A stretch of DNA of 64,000 nucleotides, taken from contig CBDANF010000003.1 of NCBI GenBank assembly GCA_965197475.1, forward strand, positions 96,001 through 160,000. Direction: 5' to 3'. The stretch is from Candidatus Poribacteria bacterium (GTDB lineage: Bacteria; Poribacteria; WGA-4E; WGA-3G). The position numbers were made by a program, and so were the translations under genes. The notes beneath the pieces are model-generated. The model searched no databases. It saw only the letters and a list, made by a program, of their open reading frames with translations, and was not told the origin of the DNA. Of this stretch, positions 49,335 through 59,009 are shown in pieces (positions within the stretch are counted from its first letter, which is position 1; every line of letters starts with the position of its first letter).

Positions 49335-50005
49335 ACCGGGTATCAATCCTTCCCCTTCTACACCTACAACGAGGACGGCACAAACCGCCAAGAGAATATC
49401 ACCGATTGGGCACTTGCAGAATTCCGCACACACTACGGCGATGACACCATCAGCAAATGGGGCATTTTCCACTATACCTACGCCCTCCTGCATCATCCCG
49501 GCTATCGTGAGAAGTATGAGATGAACCTCAAGCGCGACCTGCCGCATATCCCAACCCCTCTGTCAAGGGGGGCGAGGGGGTTGCCGAAGATTTCTGGGGA
49601 TTTGCTAACGCAGGCGCGCAGTTGGCAGACATCCACGTTGCGTATGAGTTGCAGCCGAAATATGAGGGTCTGCGATATATAGAATCCTCAGACATGCCGG
49701 TAGATTGGCGTGTGGAGAAAATGAAGTTGTCTAAAGACAAAACGCAGTTGGTCTACAACGATTTTCTGACAATAGACGGTATTCCTGCGGCGGCTTATGA
49801 CTATCGGCTCGGTACACGTTCTGCGTTGGAGTGGAGTGTGGATCAGTATCGCGTCAAGGTGGACAAACGAAGCGGTATTGTGAACGATCCGAATCGTACG
49901 GAGCCGCAACAGCGGTATATTGTGGATTTGATTGGGGGGGTTATCAGTGTCAGTTTGCAGACGGTTGAGATTGTGGGAGCATTGCCGGAATTGGATACAA
50001 AGTAG
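49335..50005 (+). pseudogene. C-terminal (target-recognition) fragment of the same Type ISP/IIG-like enzyme
   Basis: QSFPFYTYNEDGTNRQENITDWAL...IFHYTYALLHHP.YREKY..NLKRDLPHIP, a frameshift at about 49580, then YRLGTRSALEW..DQY...SGIVNDPN. Confidence 0.8.
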
Positions 50006-50041
50006 CAGGCACACTCCGTGTGCCGTGTGCCGTCCGCCTTT

Positions 50042-50148
50042 TTTGTCTGAATCGCGGATTACACGGATTACACGGATTACACGGATTACACGGATTACAC
50101 GGATTACACGGATTTTTGTTGGGTTTCGCAAACTCAACCCAACCTACG
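50042..50148 (-). repeat. GTAG-REP plus 9-mer composite, right inverted copy, with (CGGATTACA)x6.7 array
   Basis: Tandem array at 50055-50114 and REP at 50111-50148. Confidence 0.9.
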
Positions 50149-50181
50149 CACGATACTTGGATAAGGAATCAGGATCCATGT

Positions 50182-50910
50182 TCATTTTGGGACATCAAAC
50201 GCCATTACGGTAAGAGTAATTTCTTGATGCGGGTCATCAGGATAGGAAAAGATGAACTGGAATGATGTCTTAGAGCGTTGCCCTAGTTCATGCTTGAAAT
50301 GAGGGTGCTCCTTCGTCCTTAATTTAATGGATTTCAAAACTTCACTAAAATTGCTGTTTCGACTGAAAATGATTACTGCGACTTTAGTATCATGCCAGGT
50401 GCTATAGTTATCCAAAAGCTGATTAATTGCCGCTATTAGTGATTTGTGACCGTTCCAAAACTTGCATTCAGCAATAAAGATTTTTCTTCCTTCGTGTTGA
50501 ATCAAAATATCTGTTTTCCCATGTTTGTTATGTGTTTCTGCAGTAGCTTGCCCATTGTATTGAGCATTTAGTGGAACTAAAATATGTGATCGCAACGCCT
50601 CCTCTCCTATTTTAGAAAAAGTAGAAGGGTCGTGCTCCATAACCTGAGCCATATTCTCAATTGACTTAAGTATCTTTTCATATTGATCTTCGTCTTTGTC
50701 TGGTATGGATTTCCGATCATAATCAATTCCAAATGGACGTATAGGGTCACCTCCACTATGTACTATTACATTAAGTGTGCATTTGTCTCCACTATTGAGA
50801 TTTTCACTAATCTCAATAGCAAGATCCCCATCAAACTCGACTTCCATAGGTGTAGGACAATCGTTTGAACGAAACATAAATCTAACTCTGGGACTTCTGG
50901 GAATTGTCAA
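50182..50910 (-). CDS. PD-(D/E)xK nuclease-like protein (5' end possibly frameshifted)
   Basis: GKTDILI...IFIAECKFW and QLL..Y..WHDTK motifs, AT-rich sequence. The RBS-linked ATG at 50953 is out of frame. Confidence 0.65.
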   Translation of the reverse strand: MTIPRSPRVRFMFRSNDCPTPMEVEFDGDLAIEISENLNSGDKCTLNVIVHSGGDPIRPFGIDYDRKSIPDKDEDQYEKILKSIENMAQVMEHDPSTFSKIGEEALRSHILVPLNAQYNGQATAETHNKHGKTDILIQHEGRKIFIAECKFWNGHKSLIAAINQLLDNYSTWHDTKVAVIIFSRNSNFSEVLKSIKLRTKEHPHFKHELGQRSKTSFQFIFSYPDDPHQEITLTVMAFDVPK

Positions 50911-51246
50911 GTAATGGGTCGGTTGTTAGTTTGCCGGACATGCTGTTTGGCATTTTTTTCTCCTTTTCAAGAGGATATACTATTACTATGAATCCTCTTA
51001 TGGTAACTCCACACATAGCGGTTAGGTCGCTGAGCAGTTCTCTACCAATACATTCTCACCTGTTATAATGGTGATATAAATTATAACGTTTCTTAATGGG
51101 TTTATCAAGGAAAACCAAATTTTCAGAGAAATTCAGCTTTATTCAGTACCCCTAATCCGTGTAATCCGCATAATTCGCGATTCAGACAAAATTCGTGAAA
51201 TCTGCTGAATGCCAAACGCGCATTAAACGTTGATTCAAACAATTAC

Positions 51247-51275
51247 TTGACAAACGAATCCATTTGTGTTAAAAT
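51247..51275 (+). promoter_or_regulatory. Strong sigma-70-type promoter
   Basis: TTGACA-17 bp-TAAAAT with an extended -10 TG. Confidence 0.6.
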
Positions 51276-51642
51276 TAATATCACATAACAATTGGAGGTT
51301 CGCCGACTTTTCACTTAATATCGCGCAGTAAAACCCGACAAAAGTAAAAAGAGAAAAAGAAAAAACACAAAAACACGTCCCATTCCTTGTACCGCTTAGC
51401 ATTAGCACGTCCGTGGGACGTGCAAAACGTCCTAATTACAACTTACAAAACGTCCTATATACAATGACAAAAACTTTACACACCCTCGTAAATCCGAGAT
51501 TCAGACAAAAAACTCTACAATCCTGTAAATCTGGAAATCCTGTAAATCCTGGTTCAGACAATAAGCATGGCGAGGAAACCCAGAGACCTCGCCCTACAAG
51601 TGATTTATGAGGTAGGTTGTATAAATTTTGGATAAGGACTAA

Positions 51643-52596
51643 TTGATGACTGTTGCAGAATTTATTGCGAAAAAACAGAAAACCTGGACTGAGTTAGAGG
51701 CGTTGTTGAATCAATCCCGAAATGCGAATGCACAGCAACTCAATCGGCTTGGATATCTGTATCGGCGTATTACGTCCGATTTAGCAGTAGCGCGCCGTGA
51801 TTTTCCACATGATCGGTGTGTTTCATACCTGAATGAGTTGGCATCAAGAGCGCATTCCACTGTCTACCAAACCTCACCTTTTAAACGCGGAACGCTTTGG
51901 CAGTTTCTCCGCTTCGGCTTTCCGCAAGTTTTCCGAGAAAATCTCTACTTTATCGGCGCAGCCTTCCTAATGTTCACCATTGCGTTTGCAGGCGCATATT
52001 GGAGTGCCTTGAGAACTCCCGCATTTGCGGAACAACTCATTCCTGAAAACACCTTAAAGCACATCAAAGAGTTGGGACAGGGTGCATGGAATGATACATC
52101 GGCAGAAAACAGAAATCTATTTGCGTCCTTTGTAATGACGAACAACATTCGTGTAGCGTTTTTCGCATTCGCTTGGGGTATCATGTTTATGGTAGGCAGC
52201 GTCTATATTTTAGTTTACAACGGTATTTTCATCGGAGCAGTGGCAGGACTGTGTCACGTCAACGGAGTCGCGTTAGCACTTTGGTCATTTGTGTCACCAC
52301 ACGGATACATTGAACTAACAACGATTTTTATAGCCGGAGGCGCAGGAATGAAATTGGGATATTCACTTATCGCACCATCGGTCCTTTCGCGGAAACGTGC
52401 TTTAATAAATGCTGCAAAAATCGCTATTCAGATGCTTGGGGGATGTGTTTTCTTGCTCATCATAGCTGGAATAATTGAAGGTTTTGTGTCACCTTCTGAA
52501 CTATCAAACGTTGTTAAGATCGGTTTTGGGGCTGTAACAGGTATTTTGCTGTTTACATATCTCTTTGGGATGAAAACGCCTAATACCGATCCCTGA
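51643..52596 (+). CDS. Stage II sporulation protein M (SpoIIM/DUF95) family membrane protein
   Basis: LYRR.TSDLA.AR, NNIRVAF, PHGYIEL and IAGIIEGFVSP motifs. Confidence 0.92.
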   Translation: MMTVAEFIAKKQKTWTELEALLNQSRNANAQQLNRLGYLYRRITSDLAVARRDFPHDRCVSYLNELASRAHSTVYQTSPFKRGTLWQFLRFGFPQVFRENLYFIGAAFLMFTIAFAGAYWSALRTPAFAEQLIPENTLKHIKELGQGAWNDTSAENRNLFASFVMTNNIRVAFFAFAWGIMFMVGSVYILVYNGIFIGAVAGLCHVNGVALALWSFVSPHGYIELTTIFIAGGAGMKLGYSLIAPSVLSRKRALINAAKIAIQMLGGCVFLLIIAGIIEGFVSPSELSNVVKIGFGAVTGILLFTYLFGMKTPNTDP

Positions 52597-52650
52597 TTAT
52601 CTTTATCTGTTGTCAACTTGATAAGTCCGCTATTGATTCTTTACCAACCT

Positions 52651-54006
52651 TTAAATTTTAGACTTCGCCTTCAGCTCCAAATATTTATTCACCACTGCCA
52701 TCGTCAATTGATGCGCCGGAACATCAATTGTGATAACACCTCGGCGACGTAAAATTTCTAAAGTTGCGTGTTTTTCCTGTAACAACCGTTCGGCGATTGT
52801 TTTCTGATAAACCGACTTAGAATTTGAAGGTTTCTGTTCAGCTAATTCAACGATGCCAGAATTTGTCAACGTCACGCAGACAACGAGGTGATGTTTGGAG
52901 AATTGTGAAACATAAGTAGCTATCCCTTCAGCAGAATCGTTGTCAAGAATGTCAGTGAAAAGTATAATGAGTGCACGTTTGCGTTGTTTTGAAGCAAGAT
53001 AGGTAAACGCCGATTCAAAGTCCGGTTCAACAGGATGCACTGGAAGCGCGTAGATCGTTTCAAGCATCGTTAGAAACTGCTTTTTCCCCGGTTTCGGGGC
53101 AAGGTATTGGTGCACGGTATCCGCAAAGGCAATCATTCCAACTTTATCGCCTTTCAACGTTGAAACATAAGCAGCCATTAAAGTTGTATTGATAGCGTAA
53201 TCCAATTTAAGCATCGCCACTTGTGATGTCGATTCTCCCGCGGGCATAGTAGACGTTTCTAAAAGAATCGGTGATGCCATCAGTCTGCCGGTATCCAACA
53301 TTATTACAACATCCTGACTCCTTTCGGTCTCAAATTCTCGCATGATCGGTTTGCGGTGACGTGCCGTGGCTTTCCAATCAATACGGCGAAAGTCGTCATC
53401 TGGAAGATACTCACGCAATCTTTCCATCTCCGTGCCTTCCCCAAATTGTCGAGAATTTTTTAGACCCATCCGATGGAGCATCCCACGTTTCACGAGTAGT
53501 TCATACTGTCGAACTGCTTGTAGATTAGGATAAACCTTTATCTTTGCTGTTGCTACTACCTTTTGCTGTCGGACAACAAAACCCAACACGCCCCAACACC
53601 GTACATGAATATCTCCGAACTGATAAATACCGCGCCGCAAAGGTGTGAGGCGGTAAGATATGTCCGCTTTATCTATAGCCGAAACGCGACAGTCGTGGAG
53701 TACATCCGCAAACAGAAATTCATCTGGGAAGTCGTCTTTGAGACGCATCTTTAGTTGATAATGTGAACGGTTGGCAATTCTCAAGGTCACAACGTTCGCT
53801 ACACCCAACGAAAATTTAGAATGCATCTCGCGGCTGATTTCGACGCTTTTAAACAGAGGATTCGTAACATAATCAATGATACTGACAATAAGCAGCAACG
53901 CCAAATACACACCACCGATAAATAACAGGTTCGGTGAAACTGTGTAAAGCAGAATCGGGATAGCTGCTGGAAGCAGAAAGAGCAGGAAACGCTTGCTTAT
54001 ATGCAT
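52651..54006 (-). CDS. DUF58 domain protein with N-terminal TM
   Basis: GTEMERLREY...DDFRRIDWKATAR and LDTGRLM motifs. Confidence 0.92.
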   Translation of the reverse strand: MHISKRFLLFLLPAAIPILLYTVSPNLLFIGGVYLALLLIVSIIDYVTNPLFKSVEISREMHSKFSLGVANVVTLRIANRSHYQLKMRLKDDFPDEFLFADVLHDCRVSAIDKADISYRLTPLRRGIYQFGDIHVRCWGVLGFVVRQQKVVATAKIKVYPNLQAVRQYELLVKRGMLHRMGLKNSRQFGEGTEMERLREYLPDDDFRRIDWKATARHRKPIMREFETERSQDVVIMLDTGRLMASPILLETSTMPAGESTSQVAMLKLDYAINTTLMAAYVSTLKGDKVGMIAFADTVHQYLAPKPGKKQFLTMLETIYALPVHPVEPDFESAFTYLASKQRKRALIILFTDILDNDSAEGIATYVSQFSKHHLVVCVTLTNSGIVELAEQKPSNSKSVYQKTIAERLLQEKHATLEILRRRGVITIDVPAHQLTMAVVNKYLELKAKSKI

Positions 54007-54011
54007 CTTTT

Positions 54012-54965
54012 CTAACGCGGAATTTCTACCTCAGCGAGTAGTCGGTCAATTACATCGTCCGCAGTTAAACCCTCAATTTCAGCATCCGGCTTCAGAAGGA
54101 TACGATGCCGATAGACATGGGGTGCCAAAAATTTTACATCGTCAGGCAGGATATAATCACGACCTTGCAATGCAGCATACGTTTTACTTGCTAACAAAAG
54201 CGCGATTGAGGCGCGAGGGCTTCCTCCTAACATTAACTCATTTGACCTGCGCGATGCCTCGGCTAAACTAACAATATAGTTGAAAATTGAATCCTCTACT
54301 GTGATTTTCTGGATCGTCTCTTGGCACTCCTGAAGTGAAGTGCTGTCAACTACGTTTTCAACCCCTACTGTTTCCAAGCGGGCAGCGTTAAAACCGCGAT
54401 GATAGTTCATCAAAATCTGCGTTTCTACCTCTGGAGCAGGATAATCCACGCGTAGTTTGAATAGAAATCTGTCAAGTTGTGCTTCGGGAAGTGGATAAGT
54501 CCCTTCGTATTCAATAGGATTTTGTGTTGCTAATACAATAAACGGCAAAGGAAGTTCATGACTCACACCGTCAATGCTTACCTGCCGCTCCTCCATACAT
54601 TCTAAGAGTGCCGATTGCGTTTTTGCCGGGGCACGGTTGATTTCGTCTGCAAGTAACACATTTGTAAAAACGGGACCGCGCTTCAAGTTAAATTGGTTCA
54701 TCGTCAAGTCATAAACACTCGTTCCAACAATATCAGACGGCATCAGGTCGGGTGTAAACTGCACACGGCTGAATTTTCCAGAAACGATCATCGCTAATGT
54801 TTTCGCAATAAGCGTTTTCGCAGTGCCGGGAACACCTTCTAACAGGACATGCCCACCTGAAAACAGACTGACGACAAGAAGTTCAAAGAGTTCTGTCTGT
54901 CCAACAATAACTTTTCGCGCTTCTTGCTTCATTCTCTCAAAAACTGTTTGAATTAAATTATCCAT
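54012..54965 (-). CDS. moxR: MoxR family AAA+ ATPase
   Basis: [29 protein letters not shown] and [22 protein letters not shown] motifs. Confidence 0.95.
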   Translation of the reverse strand: MDNLIQTVFERMKQEARKVIVGQTELFELLVVSLFSGGHVLLEGVPGTAKTLIAKTLAMIVSGKFSRVQFTPDLMPSDIVGTSVYDLTMNQFNLKRGPVFTNVLLADEINRAPAKTQSALLECMEERQVSIDGVSHELPLPFIVLATQNPIEYEGTYPLPEAQLDRFLFKLRVDYPAPEVETQILMNYHRGFNAARLETVGVENVVDSTSLQECQETIQKITVEDSIFNYIVSLAEASRRSNELMLGGSPRASIALLLASKTYAALQGRDYILPDDVKFLAPHVYRHRILLKPDAEIEGLTADDVIDRLLAEVEIPR

Positions 54966-55057
54966 AAATTATCGCCTTCTTACCCTATCCTCAGTTAAAA
55001 ACCGCGGATAGAAAAGGAATATGATAACCCTCCCTCAATTAATTATTATGCTGACGA

Positions 55058-56176
55058 CTATCTTGCCTTTCCGATTTTTGATGTTTCACGGTATGCTTCA
55101 ACTCTTTTCGCAATTTCGATCAGTTGTGATTCAGATATATTACCAGAAGATTCAAGGTCCCGAACAAGATTTGTAAGTTTTCCATCTTCATCAACCGCAC
55201 CACGCTGCATTAATTCCTCCAAAAAAGTTGCCGTATCTAAATTGGGATTGACATGCCAGCGGCTACCCAAATCTGCCCTGAATTTGTCACGGATGTGCTT
55301 CAATACTTCCATGCGTGTGTTGCCTTTTTGATATAGTGCTGTCATCGCATGGACATATTCGGAACCCAAACGTCTACTGTTTTCCTGCCCATCCAACGGT
55401 TTTCCGAATCGCCTCCCCCTCAGTGTTAGGAAAACAAACAGCATAAGGCAGATATAAACAGCAGCTAATCCCACAGGAGTTTTAAACACAAGTTCCACAA
55501 ACGAATTAGGTGGTTTAGATTCATTTGTGTAATATTTTCCTTCAGCAAGTCCGATGTGTGCATTGCGGGGAAGTGTTGATATAAGATTGTAAAGGAGTGT
55601 AGCGTTGCCACTATACCGCAGCCCCTCCGCGTTGAACAGATACGCAGACGTGGTGAAAAACACACGCCCCTCACCTTCGCGCAGGGTTACAACCACAGCG
55701 TCATTTTCTGAACCGTAGAGCACTGCTATGTCTCGTTCAAGAGTTTCAATAATAAAATATGTCCGTGCCCGAATTTCTTCAACTGGATATAACGAAAAAA
55801 AGGGTTCCTCGCCAATTCTTCGTGAAAATTCCAATCTTCTCGGTAATCTACGCAATTTTAAGCCGTATGCTGTAACAAGTCCATCTACTGCTTCGTGATT
55901 TCCACCACTCACGATTAAGGTGCCACCGTCTCTAACGAAATCTTGAATATTTTTAATCTCCGTTTCTAAAGGTGCTTTGTTAAGGTCTTGTAGAAACAAC
56001 ACATCGTATCTTTTCAGGCGGGAAGGATATTCTGCTGATATTTCTGTGACACGGAACTTTAATTTACGTAAGATGAGGTAAAGCACACTACCTTGTTCCA
56101 GCGAATCACACGAAAACTGAGAACAGGATAGTGCAATTAAAATCAGAGAAAAAATAGATGTTCGGAGAATTCGCAT
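55058..56176 (-). CDS. DUF4350 domain protein
   Basis: FVRDGGTLIV, GEGRV, N..L...GNA, TM segment then RRFGKP and EYVHAM. Typical MoxR cluster position. Confidence 0.75.
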   Translation of the reverse strand: MRILRTSIFSLILIALSCSQFSCDSLEQGSVLYLILRKLKFRVTEISAEYPSRLKRYDVLFLQDLNKAPLETEIKNIQDFVRDGGTLIVSGGNHEAVDGLVTAYGLKLRRLPRRLEFSRRIGEEPFFSLYPVEEIRARTYFIIETLERDIAVLYGSENDAVVVTLREGEGRVFFTTSAYLFNAEGLRYSGNATLLYNLISTLPRNAHIGLAEGKYYTNESKPPNSFVELVFKTPVGLAAVYICLMLFVFLTLRGRRFGKPLDGQENSRRLGSEYVHAMTALYQKGNTRMEVLKHIRDKFRADLGSRWHVNPNLDTATFLEELMQRGAVDEDGKLTNLVRDLESSGNISESQLIEIAKRVEAYRETSKIGKAR

Positions 56177-56231
56177 TTTTTCTTATTAATATTGACCAGT
56201 TTGATTGGAAATGTCAAGAACTTTCATAAAT

Positions 56232-56870
56232 TTAATTTCTCACATCAACCTTTTGTATCAGGTCTTTATAACTCGCAACGGTCTCCGCATCGCAAGGTTT
56301 GTGTCCGTACCACACCTCATCAAAAACTGCAATCGCTGGGCCAAGCGTTTTCTGTAAGTCAATGTCTACTTGCAATTGATGGAGATACTCACGATTAGTG
56401 AGACTTTTATCGTAAGGAAGTACACCGCGTTCCTGGAGATGTAAAATAGCAGAAAGATAGAGGTAGCGGAGCGCACCTCGAAAGTCGCTCGATTCTACTG
56501 CTGTTTCAGCACGGGCAAGTGCTGCTTTTTCTGTTTCCACGCGATCTAATGCTATTTCTGATTCCTCGTCTTGCACTTCAGATATCAGATTCATCCGAAT
56601 CTGCCTGATAAAAAAGACTACCACAACTCCCAATGCTATGGCAGCAAACGGAAATAACACATATTCAAGTTTAAAATGCCATTCAGGTTTGGGAGCAAGG
56701 AGTTTCGCTAAATCTTTCTGATATTTTTGGTGTGAAACACTAGGGACTGAACGGTCCGATTGCAATTCATCGCGAAATTGATGCTCTTCTACAGCCATTG
56801 CCAAAAGCACAGCTATATTAACAAAACACACGATGATACAAAAGCAAATCCTTATTTTTACTTTCATCAT
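56232..56870 (-). CDS. DUF4129 domain protein
   Basis: ALRYLYL, SLTNREY and FDEVWYG motifs. Confidence 0.85.
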   Translation of the reverse strand: MMKVKIRICFCIIVCFVNIAVLLAMAVEEHQFRDELQSDRSVPSVSHQKYQKDLAKLLAPKPEWHFKLEYVLFPFAAIALGVVVVFFIRQIRMNLISEVQDEESEIALDRVETEKAALARAETAVESSDFRGALRYLYLSAILHLQERGVLPYDKSLTNREYLHQLQVDIDLQKTLGPAIAVFDEVWYGHKPCDAETVASYKDLIQKVDVRN

Positions 56871-57991
56871 GCCTCTTTTTTAACCTCTGGCATCATATCT
56901 GTTCTTTCCAAGTAGAGATATGTGGTCACAATTGCCCATACCGGCACCAAAAAAGTGGTGATTATACCTTTGACAATAAGGAGTAAGACGGTGGGGAGAA
57001 TACCCGGTAACTTTGGCAACATTACTCCCACATTTCCGCCAACGAAAAGGGACAAAAATTTTAGTGGTGTTAATGCTTCTCGAATCGGGGTAAGTTCAGA
57101 GAAAGAGACTGAAAACAGTAGTAATACTGTACCCCGCAGAACGGAGGTGATAATAGCAGCGATCCATCCTGTCAAAAGATAAATCTTTAAAAAATGTAAT
57201 CTTGCCCCGCTGACCAGCGCATGGCTTCGTTTAAAAATACCTATAATGGATCTGTTTTCAAGGATGAGGCACGGGTTGTAGAGGCTCAACGTCACCAGAA
57301 AATAGAAATAGGGAAGTATTATCAAAATTGTTATTAATGTTATGGGCCACAAACTCGTCAACGAAGGGATCAACCATGTAATTCCGATATAGATGTAATT
57401 ACCAATATCTACAATAAGAACAAACAACACAGCCGCAACCAAAACTGTAAACGCCTTCTTTCCTGTTTGTCGCCAAGCCTCGCCCGCAGTTAGCAGGGTT
57501 GGATCCAGGGGAACATCAGAAAATCGTGAATTGGACGATAGACGTGCAACTACTAACGATAATGGGCAAAGTGTGAGTAACAAAAGGATTAAAGGAGTGT
57601 AATCAATGCTTCGAAAATTGAGTGACCATTCCCAAATGCTTCCGTCCCTGTTAATTGCACTGACATACGGAAAAGGTAAAAATTGCCAACTCACAGACGG
57701 TGAAAATCTTGTTTCCTTACCACCATTTTCAACCATTCTGGATGGGACAATTTTAGCTCCGGAGTACGTAGGATCAATTCCGTGGCGTGTGTTTAGACTT
57801 CCGGTTGCAGTGTAATCAGGTTGGTTATCAAAATGTTTTTCAATAAAATTTACAAAACGAAAAAACATCCCAATGTCCAATAAAATTGCGATGATAGCCA
57901 CCGGCAGCATGATACGCCAAAACAACCCACAATTTTTACGATACAGTGAAATAATTGTTCCAACAAGGTTGGTGTTTCGGTTGTTAGCCAT
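56867..57991 (-). CDS. Multi-pass membrane protein (paralog of 43296-44330)
   Basis: Hydrophobic profile and LEN.S....FKRSHALVSG motif. Start placed at ATG 57991. Confidence 0.75.
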   Translation of the reverse strand: MANNRNTNLVGTIISLYRKNCGLFWRIMLPVAIIAILLDIGMFFRFVNFIEKHFDNQPDYTATGSLNTRHGIDPTYSGAKIVPSRMVENGGKETRFSPSVSWQFLPFPYVSAINRDGSIWEWSLNFRSIDYTPLILLLLTLCPLSLVVARLSSNSRFSDVPLDPTLLTAGEAWRQTGKKAFTVLVAAVLFVLIVDIGNYIYIGITWLIPSLTSLWPITLITILIILPYFYFLVTLSLYNPCLILENRSIIGIFKRSHALVSGARLHFLKIYLLTGWIAAIITSVLRGTVLLLFSVSFSELTPIREALTPLKFLSLFVGGNVGVMLPKLPGILPTVLLLIVKGIITTFLVPVWAIVTTYLYLERTDMMPEVKKEA

Positions 57992-58031
57992 TTGGTTTTT
58001 TCCATCGGTCTTGAAAGTGCGATATGAGTTC

Positions 58032-58910
58032 TTAATTCGTAACTTGCATCTCAATATCGTAAGCTTCTTTGCGAATCCGTAGGTCAAAATAGAGAAGCGT
58101 TGAACCGATAGATGCAATCGGCATCGTGAGTGCAGCAATGCCTATGGTAAAAAAAGTCCGAATCATATACACTGTCCAACCAATATCGCGTGGTGACGGT
58201 GCAAATACAAAGGTGATAGTCTCAAGCGCAGTAGCGTCCTGTGGGATTTCACCTGTACCTGGGACAAGAAAGAAAATAAAAGTGATAGAGGTCGAAAGTA
58301 TAGACATAATCATATAATAGATCAGAAAAATGGCAAACATAATTCCACACACTCGCCACCAAGTTCCCTTAACCAATTCGGTACTGCGGCGCAGCGAAGC
58401 CATTGTCGGAGTCTCCTCAAACAGAACAGGCAGACCATATAATCCCCACCGAACTATCAAATAGATTGCAAATGGAATGCCGATACATGTAATTGACAAT
58501 CCAATAGCGACTAAAAAATAGATAACAAAACAGCCGAGGAACGGCAAATAACGTCGCAATGATTGTTGCAAAGCAGCTTCAACTGTAATGTTTCTGCCTA
58601 AAAACAGTTGTGCACTCGCGTAAGATAACCCACCTACAACAAAAAGTGATACTAAAAGCGAACTAAGCATAGTAAAAAATAACGTTCCGGAAATTGCATC
58701 AGGCAGGCTGTTAATAACAAAATATATAGAGATTTTATCTATCGTATAAGCTATAACAAAATACACTACAACGATCCGAAAAAATAGGTGGAAGTGATTC
58801 CGATAAAGCGTAAACATACCATCTAAAATATCCGTAAGACTCAAGGGTTGCATAGGTGTTGAAGCTGCTTGACTATTATCTTTTGGTACTAAATTGTCGT
58901 TTTCTTGCAT
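58032..58910 (-). CDS. Membrane protein of the GDPD-membrane-domain-like family
   Basis: MQPLSL.DILDG.F.LYR, SLRRS.ELVKG.WWRV and YFDLRIRKE motifs. Start at ATG 58910 after GAGG. Confidence 0.82.
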   Translation of the reverse strand: MQENDNLVPKDNSQAASTPMQPLSLTDILDGMFTLYRNHFHLFFRIVVVYFVIAYTIDKISIYFVINSLPDAISGTLFFTMLSSLLVSLFVVGGLSYASAQLFLGRNITVEAALQQSLRRYLPFLGCFVIYFLVAIGLSITCIGIPFAIYLIVRWGLYGLPVLFEETPTMASLRRSTELVKGTWWRVCGIMFAIFLIYYMIMSILSTSITFIFFLVPGTGEIPQDATALETITFVFAPSPRDIGWTVYMIRTFFTIGIAALTMPIASIGSTLLYFDLRIRKEAYDIEMQVTN

Positions 58911-59009
58911 TGTTTCCTCGCTTCTGAGAGAACTCATTGATATCAATTAGTGTATCGCATTTCGGCTTTTATTTCAAGACAGTGCAAAGTTCACTTGGAA
59001 CGCAAAGCC

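Noticed and set aside
50055-50114. CGGATTACA array as a CRISPR or as coding sequence (RITRIT/LHGLHG ORFs)
   Set aside because: A 9-bp tandem repeat with no spacers and no cas genes. The overlapping ORFs are repeat artefacts.
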